Source of the DNA: Bacillota bacterium
GTDB lineage: Bacteria; Bacillota; UBA5301
Assembly: GCA_017656135.1 (NCBI GenBank)
Contig: JACDOJ010000004.1
Coordinates: forward strand, 6,007 to 70,006
Reading direction: 5' to 3'
DNA: 64,000 nucleotides
How positions within the stretch are numbered: the first letter of the stretch is position 1; every line of letters begins with the position of its first letter. Positions 16,924-25,576 of the stretch are shown piece by piece. The translations under genes were made by a program, and so were the position numbers. The notes below the pieces were generated by a model. The model was not told where the DNA came from. It saw nothing but the letters and a program-made list of their open reading frames with translations, and ran no database searches.

Positions 16924-17955
16924 ATGGAGAGGTACCTGGGCCCATTTATTTGTGCTCTGGTTTTTGCTGCTGTTTTGACTCCGCTGGTGCGCAGACTGGC
17001 GCTGGCTCTCTGGATCATGGACGAGCCCGCCGAGCGGAAGGTGCATGAACGCCCGGTACCGCTCTGGGGAGGGCTCGCCATTTTCCTGTCTTTCTTGTTC
17101 ACCGCCAAGATTTTTGCCAGCGAGTTTCAGGCTTTCGGCGGAATTGTGGTGGCCGGGACCTTAATCACAGTTATCGGGTTGATCGATGATGTCCGGCCCC
17201 TGTCGGCTAAGACCAAGTTCTTAGGCCAGATCTTGGCCTCGTTGGTCTTGATCGCCCTAGGAACGAAGATTGAGTTTTTGACCAACCCCTTCGGTGGCAT
17301 GATCTACCTGGGCTGGTGGGGTATCCCCCTGACGGTGCTCTGGGTGGTCAGCATCACCAATATGGTCAACCTCATCGACGGCTTGGACGGTCTGGCCGCC
17401 GGAGTGGCTGCCATTGCCTCGGCTGCGCTCTGGGTGGTGGCAGCCAGCAAGGGGCAGACGACCATGGCCTTGCTAAGTGCCGTATTGGCCGGAGGTGCCT
17501 TGGGCTTTTTGCCCTACAACTTCAACCCGGCCAAAATCTTCATGGGTGATACCGGCAGCATGTTCCTAGGGTTCATGCTGGCGGCGCTCTCGGTGGAAGG
17601 GGCCCTCAAAGGAGCCGCTACCATCGCCCTGACCATCCCGCTGTTGGTCCTGGGTGTCCCCTTCTTCGATACCCTCTTTGCTATCTGGCGGAGGTATCGG
17701 GAAGGGCGTCCGGTTTACAAGGCCGACCGAGGGCACTTACACCACCGGCTGCTGGACATGGGACTGAGCCAGAAAGCGGCGGTGCTGTTGGTCTACGCTT
17801 TCAGCGTGGCCTTGGGAATCACTGCGATCATCGTCTCCCAGTTAGGTGAAGCCGGCAGCTTCCTGGCCGTGGTCAGCTTAGGAGTCTTTATGTACTTGCT
17901 GAGCGAGGTTATGACTACCGCTGTCCCAGTGGGAAAGGAAAAGAATCATGGCTAA
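16924..17955 (+). CDS. tagO: Undecaprenyl-phosphate N-acetylhexosamine-1-phosphate transferase (MraY/WecA/TagO family)
   Basis: Polytopic protein with NMVNLIDGLDGLA, NFNPAKIFMGDTGS and D..HLHHRL motifs. The start was set at the ATG at 16924 after GGAGGTG. Confidence 0.85.
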   Translation: MERYLGPFICALVFAAVLTPLVRRLALALWIMDEPAERKVHERPVPLWGGLAIFLSFLFTAKIFASEFQAFGGIVVAGTLITVIGLIDDVRPLSAKTKFLGQILASLVLIALGTKIEFLTNPFGGMIYLGWWGIPLTVLWVVSITNMVNLIDGLDGLAAGVAAIASAALWVVAASKGQTTMALLSAVLAGGALGFLPYNFNPAKIFMGDTGSMFLGFMLAALSVEGALKGAATIALTIPLLVLGVPFFDTLFAIWRRYREGRPVYKADRGHLHHRLLDMGLSQKAAVLLVYAFSVALGITAIIVSQLGEAGSFLAVVSLGVFMYLLSEVMTTAVPVGKEKNHG

Positions 17956-19102
17956 ACCGATCAAGGTCGCCTGTATAGTTGGAACCAGGCCGGAGGCCAT
18001 TAAGATGGCCCCGGTCGTCAGAGATCTCAAGGCCAGAGACGGCTTTGAGGTTTTCTTGTTATCTACCGGGCAGCACAAGGAAATGCTGGCTCAGGTATTG
18101 GCTGCTTTTGATCTCACTCCCGATCATGACTTGGAGATCATGACCGAGCGCCAAACCCTGAACCAGATCCTGGCCCGGGCCATTCCTGGGTTGGATCAGG
18201 TTTTCGCCCAGTTCCAACCTAACCTGGTGCTGGTCCAAGGAGATACCAGTACAGCCTTTATCGCCGGCTTGGTTGCCTTTAACCGGCGCATTAAGGTTGG
18301 ACACGTCGAGGCCGGGCTGCGTTCCGGCGACAAGTGGCAGCCCTTCCCTGAGGAGGTCAACCGCCGCCTTCTCTCGGTGGTGGCGGACCTGAACTTCGCT
18401 CCTACTCCCACCGCCCGGGATTATCTGCTCCGGGAGGCGGTGGATCCAGGTTCCATTTTCGTCACTGGAAACACTGTGATTGATGCCCTGCTCACAGTCA
18501 TCAAGCCTGACTACCGGTTCCGAGAATCGCTCTTGGAAGAGGCCCTCCAAGAGCATGGGGTCAAGCGGATCCTGGTCACCGCCCACCGCAGGGAGAACTG
18601 GGGAGAGCCCATGGCTGAGATTTGCCAGGCGGCAAAAAGCCTCCTAGCCTCGGGTCTGCCCCTCAGGTTCATCTGGCCGGTCCACCTCAACCCCGTGGTC
18701 AGAGAGGTGGTCCACCGGGAACTTTCTGGAGTTTCCGGCGTCTATCTGACCGACCCTCTGGAGTACTCGGATCTGGCTAACTTGATGAGCCGGGTCGATT
18801 TAATCTGGACCGATTCCGGCGGGATTCAGGAGGAGGCTCCAAGCCTTGGAGTGCCCATTCTGGTGCTGCGGGAGGTTACTGAGCGTCCGGAAGGAGTGGC
18901 AGCCAAGGCTGCCCGTCTGGTGGGAACCGAAGCCGGGAGGTTGGTGCAGGTGACCCGGACCATTTTGACCCAGTCCGACGAGTATCGGAGGATGGCCGCT
19001 GCGGCCAACCCCTACGGAGACGGCGCAGCCAGTCGGCGGATTGGTGAGTACCTCGCCTGGTACTATGGGTTGATTTCCGAGAAACCGCTCCCCTTCGCGT
19101 AA
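17948..19102 (+). CDS. wecB: UDP-N-acetylglucosamine 2-epimerase (non-hydrolysing)
   Basis: GTRPEAIKMAPV, VQGDT.TAF..GL.AF, HVEAGLRS and TDSGGIQEEAPSLG.P.LVLR..TERPE motifs are present. Confidence 0.9.
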   Translation: MAKPIKVACIVGTRPEAIKMAPVVRDLKARDGFEVFLLSTGQHKEMLAQVLAAFDLTPDHDLEIMTERQTLNQILARAIPGLDQVFAQFQPNLVLVQGDTSTAFIAGLVAFNRRIKVGHVEAGLRSGDKWQPFPEEVNRRLLSVVADLNFAPTPTARDYLLREAVDPGSIFVTGNTVIDALLTVIKPDYRFRESLLEEALQEHGVKRILVTAHRRENWGEPMAEICQAAKSLLASGLPLRFIWPVHLNPVVREVVHRELSGVSGVYLTDPLEYSDLANLMSRVDLIWTDSGGIQEEAPSLGVPILVLREVTERPEGVAAKAARLVGTEAGRLVQVTRTILTQSDEYRRMAAAANPYGDGAASRRIGEYLAWYYGLISEKPLPFA

Positions 19103-19166
19103 GGGGAGGTATAAACGAGGGAAATACTGGCAAAACTACGGGTAGAACGGCTTAGGGGGTACGACC

Positions 19167-19904
19167 ATGCGTCGGTTTCTACTTTCCGTAGTTTTGCTTT
19201 TTTTGTTTCTAGGGCCTTCCGGGGCTTTAGCCCAGGGACTGGATCTCTTCCAGCTTTACCAAGAGACCGGGGCTACTCTCCAGGAGACCGAATTCCAGGC
19301 TTGGCTCCGGCTCTCCGACCGGTACAACGAGCCGGATGTGGACAAGTTGCTGGCTCAGGTGGCCACCGACTTGGGATTTGAGGTTAAGGGAGCCATTCAA
19401 ACCAGCAGTTTCCGGGACAATTTCGAGCAGGCCTTCGTGATGGTTGACTTCTTTGAGGCTGAGGGGTGGCTTACGGTTCAGCGCATGCAGAACCTGACCC
19501 TTTCCAAGGAAGTCGAAACCTTCCTCGGCCTGCGAGCCCTGCGGACCGGGACCTGGCCTAGCCTATCCCACTACCGGGACCGAGTTACCTCCGATTTCTT
19601 GGGCTACGGGCCCGAGGCAGACCTGCAGTTTTTCACCACTTTGATCGGAACTCTCAGAGGCGAACTCTCCGCTGAAGCCAGAAAGGAAATCACCGACCGG
19701 GTCAAGGCTAAAGCTCAGGCCAAAGTTATCGAGAGCTACCGGCAGGACAACCTCGAGTCCATTTCCCTCTACACCGAACACCTTCCCGACCGCCAAAAGG
19801 TGGGGGAAAAAGTGATGAATTTGCACTTGGCCTATAGGTACAACCAGTTTGAGAACTGCACTTACATCTATCTTGGAACCCCAATTATCGCCCCGGATTA
19901 CTAA
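19167..19904 (+). CDS. Secreted protein, YwmB-like by position (upstream of murA-spoIID)
   Basis: 245 aa with a signal peptide. Its size and its position immediately upstream of murA match Bacillus ywmB. The assignment rests on synteny only. Confidence 0.45.
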   Translation: MRRFLLSVVLLFLFLGPSGALAQGLDLFQLYQETGATLQETEFQAWLRLSDRYNEPDVDKLLAQVATDLGFEVKGAIQTSSFRDNFEQAFVMVDFFEAEGWLTVQRMQNLTLSKEVETFLGLRALRTGTWPSLSHYRDRVTSDFLGYGPEADLQFFTTLIGTLRGELSAEARKEITDRVKAKAQAKVIESYRQDNLESISLYTEHLPDRQKVGEKVMNLHLAYRYNQFENCTYIYLGTPIIAPDY

Positions 19905-19915
19905 AGGGGACTGTC

Positions 19916-21199
19916 ATGGAAAACTTACTGATCTCAGGAGGCACCAGACTCCACGGAAAAGTTAGAATTCACGGGGCCAAAAACGCGGCCCTTCCCATCC
20001 TTGCCGCTACCCTTCTGGCCGGGGGACCGGTTACCTTAAGGGAAATCCCGGAGCTGGAAGATGTCCGGACCATGCTGGACCTCCTGAAACACCTGGGAGT
20101 AAAGGTCAAGAGGCTTGCCCCCTGCCGGTACCGGCTTGACCCTGTGGGTTTCGCGGGCTGGGATGCTCCGTATGAGCTGGTCCGCAAGATGCGTGCCTCC
20201 TTCTTGGTGCTGGGCCCGATTCTCTCCCTCCACGGCAGGACCAGGGTTTCTCTCCCCGGCGGGTGTGCTATTGGCTCTCGTCCCATCGACCTGCATTTAA
20301 AGGGTTTGCAGGCGCTGGGTGCCGAGATCAGCATGGGCTACGGCTTCATCGAGGCAAAATCTAAACAGCTTAGAGGAAACCACATCTTTCTGGACTATCC
20401 CAGCGTCGGGGCGACCGAGAACCTGTTGATGGCGGCCTCCCTGGCCCGGGGCGAAACGGTGATTGTCGGTTGTGCCCAGGAACCGGAAGTTGTGGATTTA
20501 GCCAACTTCCTGAACATCTTAGGCGCTAAGATCAGCGGCGCCGGTACAGACCGGATTACCGTCAAAGGTGTCCAGGCCCTAGGCGGGGGAGTCGAGTATA
20601 CCATAATTCCGGATCGGATCGAGGCCGGCACTTACCTTGCTGCAGCTGCCGCCGCCGGAGGCAACCTTCAGCTTACCAATGTGGAACCTGAGCATCTCCG
20701 ACCGACTCTGGCCAAATTGGTCGAGGCTGGGGCTACCATTCAGGAAACCGACCGGGGGCTCTTCGTGGAGCGAGACGGCCCCTTAAACAGCTTCGACATC
20801 ACCACCCTGCCGTACCCCGGCTTTCCCACCGACCTGCAGCCCATTTTCACCGCACTGGCCAGCCTTTCCCAGGGCGTCAGCTTGATTCGGGAGACGGTTT
20901 TCGAGAACCGGTTCCGCTATGTCGACGAACTCTTGCGCATGGGCGCCAGTATCAAAGTGGAGGGCAATGTGGCCCTGGTTTATGGGGTCTCCACCCTCTA
21001 CGGCACCAGGGTCAAAGCCCATGACCTGCGGGGAGGAGCGGCTTTGGTAGTCGCGGCCCTGGCAGCTCAGGGCACCACCACTCTCACCTGCCTGCATCAC
21101 TTGGATCGGGGGTACGCCGACTTGGAGCTCAACCTACAGCGGGTAGGAGCTAAAATCCAGCGTGTCCCGGCAGAGGACACCGGAATCGTCACCGCATAA
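19916..21199 (+). CDS. murA: UDP-N-acetylglucosamine 1-carboxyvinyltransferase
   Basis: G.V.I.GAKNAALPILAA.LL, the catalytic-Cys region LPGGCAIG.RPIDLHLKGL, and FPTD.Q are present. Confidence 0.95.
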   Translation: MENLLISGGTRLHGKVRIHGAKNAALPILAATLLAGGPVTLREIPELEDVRTMLDLLKHLGVKVKRLAPCRYRLDPVGFAGWDAPYELVRKMRASFLVLGPILSLHGRTRVSLPGGCAIGSRPIDLHLKGLQALGAEISMGYGFIEAKSKQLRGNHIFLDYPSVGATENLLMAASLARGETVIVGCAQEPEVVDLANFLNILGAKISGAGTDRITVKGVQALGGGVEYTIIPDRIEAGTYLAAAAAAGGNLQLTNVEPEHLRPTLAKLVEAGATIQETDRGLFVERDGPLNSFDITTLPYPGFPTDLQPIFTALASLSQGVSLIRETVFENRFRYVDELLRMGASIKVEGNVALVYGVSTLYGTRVKAHDLRGGAALVVAALAAQGTTTLTCLHHLDRGYADLELNLQRVGAKIQRVPAEDTGIVTA

Positions 21200-21258
21200 T
21201 TCCCCACCGCCAGCATATATATCTGACGAATGTTATTTGCTGCAAAGGGGAACAGTTC

Positions 21259-22284
21259 ATGCGTTTCAACCTGCTCAAAGCAATTCTTTACGTCCTTATC
21301 GGGGTAATCCTTGTGCCAATCATCTTCACTTTGGGCTGGAGCTACTTTGGGACCTGGCACCGGACCAGCCGGCCTTCTCAGCCAATTGCTGTCTATGTTC
21401 CCGGTACCGGGCTGGTTCAAATGGACTTGGAGGAGTACATCAAAGGGGTAGTGGCGGCGGAGATGCCCGCCAACTTTGAACTGGAGGCCTTAAAAGCCCA
21501 GGCGGTGGCCGCCAGAACCTATGCTGTTCGGAAAATGCGGGCCAATGGCGGCCCTGGTTGTGACAAGCATCCCGGAGCTGACATCTGCACAGACCCCAGC
21601 CACGGCCAGGCCTGGGTTTCCTTTGAGGACCTGAAAAGGAGATACGGGTTTTTCACCAACTTACGGGTTCTGGCTAAAATCGACAAAGCTGTCGAGGAGA
21701 CCAGAGGGATCGTCGCCACCTACGCCGGTCGGCCCATCGATGCCATTTATCACTCCAATTCCGGAGGGGTTACTGAGGACTCTGAGAACGTCTGGGGAAA
21801 CTACATCCCGTACCTGCGGTCGGTGAAGACCAGCCTGCCACCCCACGAGCGGGTCATCGACCGGAAGACTTTCAGCATCAGCCAGATTTCCAGCCTGTTA
21901 GGGGTGAACCTGGCCAAGGCCGATTTGGCCAGGGCCCGGCAGCTCTTGCCCGGGGAATCCATTCCGGTTACAGGCGGTCAGAACCGGCCGCAGCTGGAGG
22001 TCTTGGAGCGGAGCAAATCCGGAAGAGTGGTTTCTCTCTACTTAGGCGGGGTCAAGGTTCGGGGCATCGACTTTCGCCAAAGGTTGGGCCTAAAATCCAC
22101 CAACTTTACCTGGACTGTCCACGGTGATGAGGTGACCTTCACCACTCTGGGCAACGGGCATGGTGTAGGGATGTGCCAGTACAGCGCCAACGCCATGGCC
22201 AGAGCCGGTGTGACCTATGATCGGATTCTCAAACACTTCTACACCGGAATCGACCTCACTTACCTAAAAGACCTGATTAAGTAG
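21259..22284 (+). CDS. spoIID: Stage II sporulation protein D (lytic transglycosylase)
   Basis: N-terminal TM anchor plus EEY..GVVA.EMP..F..EALKAQAVAARTY, Y.G.PI.A.YHS.SGG.TE and G.GHGVGM.Q..A..MA motifs. Synteny after murA supports the call. Confidence 0.9.
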   Translation: MRFNLLKAILYVLIGVILVPIIFTLGWSYFGTWHRTSRPSQPIAVYVPGTGLVQMDLEEYIKGVVAAEMPANFELEALKAQAVAARTYAVRKMRANGGPGCDKHPGADICTDPSHGQAWVSFEDLKRRYGFFTNLRVLAKIDKAVEETRGIVATYAGRPIDAIYHSNSGGVTEDSENVWGNYIPYLRSVKTSLPPHERVIDRKTFSISQISSLLGVNLAKADLARARQLLPGESIPVTGGQNRPQLEVLERSKSGRVVSLYLGGVKVRGIDFRQRLGLKSTNFTWTVHGDEVTFTTLGNGHGVGMCQYSANAMARAGVTYDRILKHFYTGIDLTYLKDLIK

Positions 22285-22294
22285 GCAAATTAAT

Positions 22295-22323
22295 ACATAT
22301 TTGGGACGAGCCTGGAAAAAATA
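22295..22323 (+). promoter_or_regulatory. Candidate forespore (sigma-F type) promoter: ACATA, 14 nt spacer, GGAAAAAATA
   Basis: The -10 region at 22314-22323 fits the recalled GGnRAnAnTW pattern exactly. The -35 at 22295-22299 matches GYWTA at 4 of 5 positions, and the spacer is one nt short of the recalled 15. It sits upstream of the spoIIQ-like gene. Confidence 0.35.
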
Positions 22324-22331
22324 AGCCCTGG

Positions 22332-23051
22332 GTGATTGCTATGGAAATCAAGAAGGCCCTAAGGGCTATCCGATCTTTCTCATATGTCCCTAAACATGCT
22401 GTCAAAGAGACTTCTTGGAAACGCCGACTTTCTCTGCCCATCTTCATTCTGGTCTTAGCTCTGGTCATGGTCGGTGGAGGGCTCTGGCTGACTCAGGTGG
22501 TGGAGAGGAACATCGACGAGGCTCTGACCAGGCAGATGCAACACCTTCAGGGCCAGAGGGCCCCAGAAGAAGTGCAGAGGGCGTCGAATGCGGCCCCGTC
22601 CGAAGAGGAGCAGGAGCAGGTAGAGGCCGAGGTCTTTGATGTGACCAGGCTCATCCCGCCGGTTCAGGGCCGATCAAACCTCCCGCCAGGCTGGTTCAAA
22701 CACCCAGGGTACAACGCCTGGCAGTACCATGACGGCCACGACCTGAAAGTCGCCGGCGGGGCTAAGGTCCGGGCTATGGCCTCCGGGGTAGTGGCTCACC
22801 TGGAACAGGACTACGATGAGGATGGGCTGGGCCCCAGGGGGTACAGGCTGCAGGTGGAGCACTCTCAAGGCGCCGTCTCCGAATATATATTCCCTGGTGA
22901 GCTTGGGGTCCGCCTGGGAGAAAAGATCCAGGCCGGCGAGGTCTTGGGTACGGTTTCCGGCCATCCAGGTGGGGAGGCTCTGATCCATATCGGTCTGGAA
23001 CAAAACGGCAAAGTACTGGATTGGCTGGTAATCCTGGAAAATAGAGGTTAA
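22332..23051 (+). CDS. spoIIQ: SpoIIQ-like membrane-anchored LytM/M23-domain protein (degenerate active site)
   Basis: It has an N-terminal TM segment (LSLPIFILVLALVMVGGGLWL), then a LytM domain with HDGHD (HxxxD). IHIGLE replaces the usual HxH motif. Its position between spoIID and spoIIID matches Bacillus. The start is the GTG at 22332 or the ATG at 22341. Confidence 0.6.
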   Translation: MIAMEIKKALRAIRSFSYVPKHAVKETSWKRRLSLPIFILVLALVMVGGGLWLTQVVERNIDEALTRQMQHLQGQRAPEEVQRASNAAPSEEEQEQVEAEVFDVTRLIPPVQGRSNLPPGWFKHPGYNAWQYHDGHDLKVAGGAKVRAMASGVVAHLEQDYDEDGLGPRGYRLQVEHSQGAVSEYIFPGELGVRLGEKIQAGEVLGTVSGHPGGEALIHIGLEQNGKVLDWLVILENRG

Positions 23052-23072
23052 AAGAGATGGGCTTGGCATCAG

Positions 23073-23100
23073 GCATATTAGACCTGGCCTCGCATATAAA
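23073..23100 (+). promoter_or_regulatory. Candidate mother-cell (sigma-E type) promoter: GCATATT, 13 nt spacer, CATATAAA
   Basis: The -35 at 23073-23079 fits the recalled kmATATT pattern. The -10 at 23093-23100 matches CATACAhT at 6 of 8 positions. It lies upstream of spoIIID, which is sigma-E dependent in Bacillus subtilis. Confidence 0.4.
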
Positions 23101-23130
23101 TTTACTAATTCTGAGCGAGGGGGCTAGGGT

Positions 23131-23385
23131 ATGAGAGATTATATCCGGCGTCGAGTTTTGGAGGTCGGCACTTATATTATAAATACCAAGGCGACCGTCA
23201 GACAGGCGGCAGATGTCTTTGATGTATCCAAGAGCACTATTCACAAAGATGTGACCGAACGCTTGCCCCGGGTAAATAAAGACCTAGCCCGTAGGGTCAG
23301 GAAGGTACTGGAAAACAACAAGGCGGAACGCCATATCAGAGGCGGTGAGGCTACCCGGAGAAAATACCGGAGAAAAGCTTCCTAG
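23131..23385 (+). CDS. spoIIID: Stage III sporulation protein D (mother-cell transcription regulator)
   Basis: 84 aa. The sequence M.DYI..R.L..G.YI...KATVR..A..F.VSKST.HKD...RL, continuing to NKAERHIRGG.AT, is the characteristic SpoIIID sequence. Confidence 0.9.
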   Translation: MRDYIRRRVLEVGTYIINTKATVRQAADVFDVSKSTIHKDVTERLPRVNKDLARRVRKVLENNKAERHIRGGEATRRKYRRKAS

Positions 23386-23427
23386 GCTACAGAGTTTAAG
23401 CTGGCAGAAAGTTCTAGGGGAGGAATT

Positions 23428-23467
23428 TACCACAGGCCTGTTGAACACAGGTTACTGTGGTATTTTT
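23428..23467 (+). terminator. Intrinsic terminator after spoIIID
   Basis: 8-bp stem TACCACAG (23428-23435) / CTGTGGTA (23455-23462) with an inner 5-bp hairpin CCTGT/ACAGG, followed by TTTTT (23463-23467). Confidence 0.5.
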
Positions 23468-23505
23468 ATACTCTAAATCAGCAGGAAAGTAGGTAGGCAG
23501 CGGGC

Positions 23506-24522
23506 ATGTTCGGCGTCCAAGACCTGGGTATCGATTTGGGAACAGCGACCATCTTGATTTACGTCCGGGGGAAGGGAATCGTTCTCAAAGAACCGTCGGT
23601 GGTAGCCATGGAGCGGGATACCTCTCAGATTCTGGCTGTGGGTACGGAGGCTCGGCGGATGATCGGCCGGACCCCCGGCAACATCGTGGCGGTTAGACCA
23701 ATGCGGGACGGGGTCATCGCCAACTACGACGTCACTGAAGTCCTGCTGAAACAGATGATTCGCAAAGCGGCTGGGCGACGTTTTTTTAAGCCCAGCATTG
23801 TCATATGTGCCCCGGCCGGGGTGACCAGTGTAGAGCGGCGGGCGATCATCGAGGCGGCCTTTGAAGCTGGGGCAAAACGGGTCGCCCTGATCCAGGAGCC
23901 GATGGCCGCGGCCATCGGAGCCGGTTTGAACATTGGGGAGCCTTCCGGCAGCATGGTCGTGGATATCGGCGGAGGGACCACCGATGTGGCGGTGATTTCC
24001 CTAGGAGGCATCGTGGAAAGCGAGTGCATCCGGGTAGCCGGGGACAAATTCGATGAGGCCTTGGTCCGATACATCAAACGGGAATACAACATTATGATTG
24101 GTGATCGTACCGCCGAAGAAATCAAAAAAGAGGTGGGCACAGCTCACCCCGATAGCGAACTCAAGGTTTGCGAGGTCCGCGGAAGGGACCTGGTCTCGGG
24201 GTTGCCCAAAAATCTGAGTTTCTCGTCCCGGGAAGCCTACCTGGCCCTGCTCGAGCCGGTAAATGCCATTGTGGATGCGGTGAAAACGGTCTTGGAACGG
24301 ACCCCCCCTGAGCTTGCAGCGGACATCATGGAGAAAGGCATCGTCCTCACCGGCGGGGGATCTCTGCTCAGGGATTTAGATAGGCTCATAGCCGACAAGA
24401 CCGGCATTCCCACTCACCTCACCGAGGACCCGGAATCCTGTGTGGCCCTGGGGGCCGGGAAGATCTTTGAGGGCGTCGCCGGCCTGAAGGCAGACCTTTT
24501 CATCAAGAAAAAAATCAGCTAA
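23506..24522 (+). CDS. mbl: MreB-family actin-like rod-shape protein (Mbl by synteny)
   Basis: GIDLGTA...Y..G.GIV..EPSVVA, R.MIGRTPG.I.A.RP..DGVIA.Y, EP.AAAIGAGL and VDIGGGTT.VAVISLGG motifs are present. It follows spoIIID as in Bacillus. Confidence 0.9.
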   Translation: MFGVQDLGIDLGTATILIYVRGKGIVLKEPSVVAMERDTSQILAVGTEARRMIGRTPGNIVAVRPMRDGVIANYDVTEVLLKQMIRKAAGRRFFKPSIVICAPAGVTSVERRAIIEAAFEAGAKRVALIQEPMAAAIGAGLNIGEPSGSMVVDIGGGTTDVAVISLGGIVESECIRVAGDKFDEALVRYIKREYNIMIGDRTAEEIKKEVGTAHPDSELKVCEVRGRDLVSGLPKNLSFSSREAYLALLEPVNAIVDAVKTVLERTPPELAADIMEKGIVLTGGGSLLRDLDRLIADKTGIPTHLTEDPESCVALGAGKIFEGVAGLKADLFIKKKIS

Positions 24523-24528
24523 AAAAAG

Positions 24529-24705
24529 TTAGAAAGGCAGGCTGGAACGGTCCGGCCTAATTTCCCGCACCCGGACTTTGTAGTGCCGGGTTTTGCTTTT
24601 CTCTTCGTGTTCCCGCTCTCGGAGCTTTTTATCTGCCCAGTACATCACGAATATTTTGGAAATAACGTAGATAGCATAGACCGCCAGAATGGTGTAAAGG
24701 GTCAT
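24529..24705 (-). CDS. Hypothetical small membrane protein (58 aa)
   Basis: One TM segment (MTLYTILAVYAIYVISKIFVMYW) followed by a basic tail, with AAGGGGG upstream. It overlaps a weak terminator-like hairpin for mbl (stem 24569-24574 / 24586-24591 followed by T-runs), so it may not be real. Confidence 0.3.
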   Translation of the reverse strand: MTLYTILAVYAIYVISKIFVMYWADKKLREREHEEKSKTRHYKVRVREIRPDRSSLPF

Positions 24706-24797
24706 CTTCACTTGGCCCCCTTTCCCCGCCACTACTTATTGTAATTATTTATATATTATTTCTCCAATTCCTCTTTCCTAAAACCGGATAAAAAGCT

Positions 24798-24824
24798 TAA
24801 GGCTCTAGCGGGCTTTGCCGATGA
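24798..24824 (+). promoter_or_regulatory. Candidate sigma-28 (SigD/FliA) promoter: TAAG, 15 nt spacer, GCCGATGA
   Basis: TAAG at 24798-24801 and GCCGATGA at 24817-24824 compare well with the TAAA-N15-GCCGATAA consensus. The site lies directly upstream of the AGGAGG RBS (24832-24837) of flgF. Confidence 0.55.
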
Positions 24825-24844
24825 AACCGGTAGGAGGTGGTTTG

Positions 24845-25576
24845 GTGATTCGCGGTATCTACACCGGTGCTACAGGTATGTTAACCCAGCAGCGCCGGTT
24901 AGATGTAATCTCCAATAACCTGGCCAACGTCAACACAGCCGGTTTCAAGCGGGATTATCTCGCCAGTGTGTCTTTCCCTGAGGTGGAGATGTACCGGGTC
25001 GCCGGGGGCCGTAGCGTTCCGGTAGGTCCTTTAGGCTACGGAGCCGACACGCCGGTTTTGCACACCGATTTCGGCCCGGGATCCCTCCAGGTAACCGGAA
25101 ATCCCTTGGACCTGGCTATAGAGGGCGAGGGTTTCTTTGCAGTGGATACTCCCCGGGGTGAGCGCTACACCCGGGCCGGCCACTTCTTCCGAAACGCCCA
25201 GGGTTTCTTGGTGACCGGCTCCGGCGACTACGTGCTGGGGCAAAGAGGACGAATTCCTCTCTCTGGCAGCGAGATCCAAGTGAGCCAGGACGGTTGGGTG
25301 AGTGTGGACGGCCGGCGGGTGGACCGGATTCGGGTCGTCATTTTTCCACCTGCCTTTGGGCGTAAGGAAGGGGAGAATAAGTGGGTGGCGGCTGAGGTCA
25401 CCGAAGTGGCTGAGCCGCGCATCCGGCAAGGGGCTGTAGAACGGGCCAATGTCAACGCCGTCAAGGAGATGGTGGACATGATCACCGTCCTCAAAGCCTA
25501 CGAAGCCAACCAGAAGATCATCACCACTCAAGATGAGCTTTTAGACAGGGCCGTCAATGAGGTCGGCCGGACGTAA
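24845..25576 (+). CDS. flgF: Flagellar basal-body rod protein FlgF (FlhO-like)
   Basis: The N-terminal rod motif ([31 protein letters not shown]) and the C-terminal ...ANV....EMV.MI...AYEANQK motif are present. The start was moved to the GTG at 24845, because the ORF-track start at 24815 lies inside the sigma-28 box. Confidence 0.85.
   Translation: MIRGIYTGATGMLTQQRRLDVISNNLANVNTAGFKRDYLASVSFPEVEMYRVAGGRSVPVGPLGYGADTPVLHTDFGPGSLQVTGNPLDLAIEGEGFFAVDTPRGERYTRAGHFFRNAQGFLVTGSGDYVLGQRGRIPLSGSEIQVSQDGWVSVDGRRVDRIRVVIFPPAFGRKEGENKWVAAEVTEVAEPRIRQGAVERANVNAVKEMVDMITVLKAYEANQKIITTQDELLDRAVNEVGRT

Noticed and set aside
21200-21258. Sigma-E promoter upstream of spoIID
   Set aside because: A GCATATA -35-like element is present, but no acceptable CATACA-type -10 lies at the right spacing.
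22774-23244. 156-aa minus-strand ORF spanning the spoIIQ-like 3' end and the spoIIID 5' end
   Set aside because: It crosses an intergenic promoter region and is antisense to two well-supported genes.
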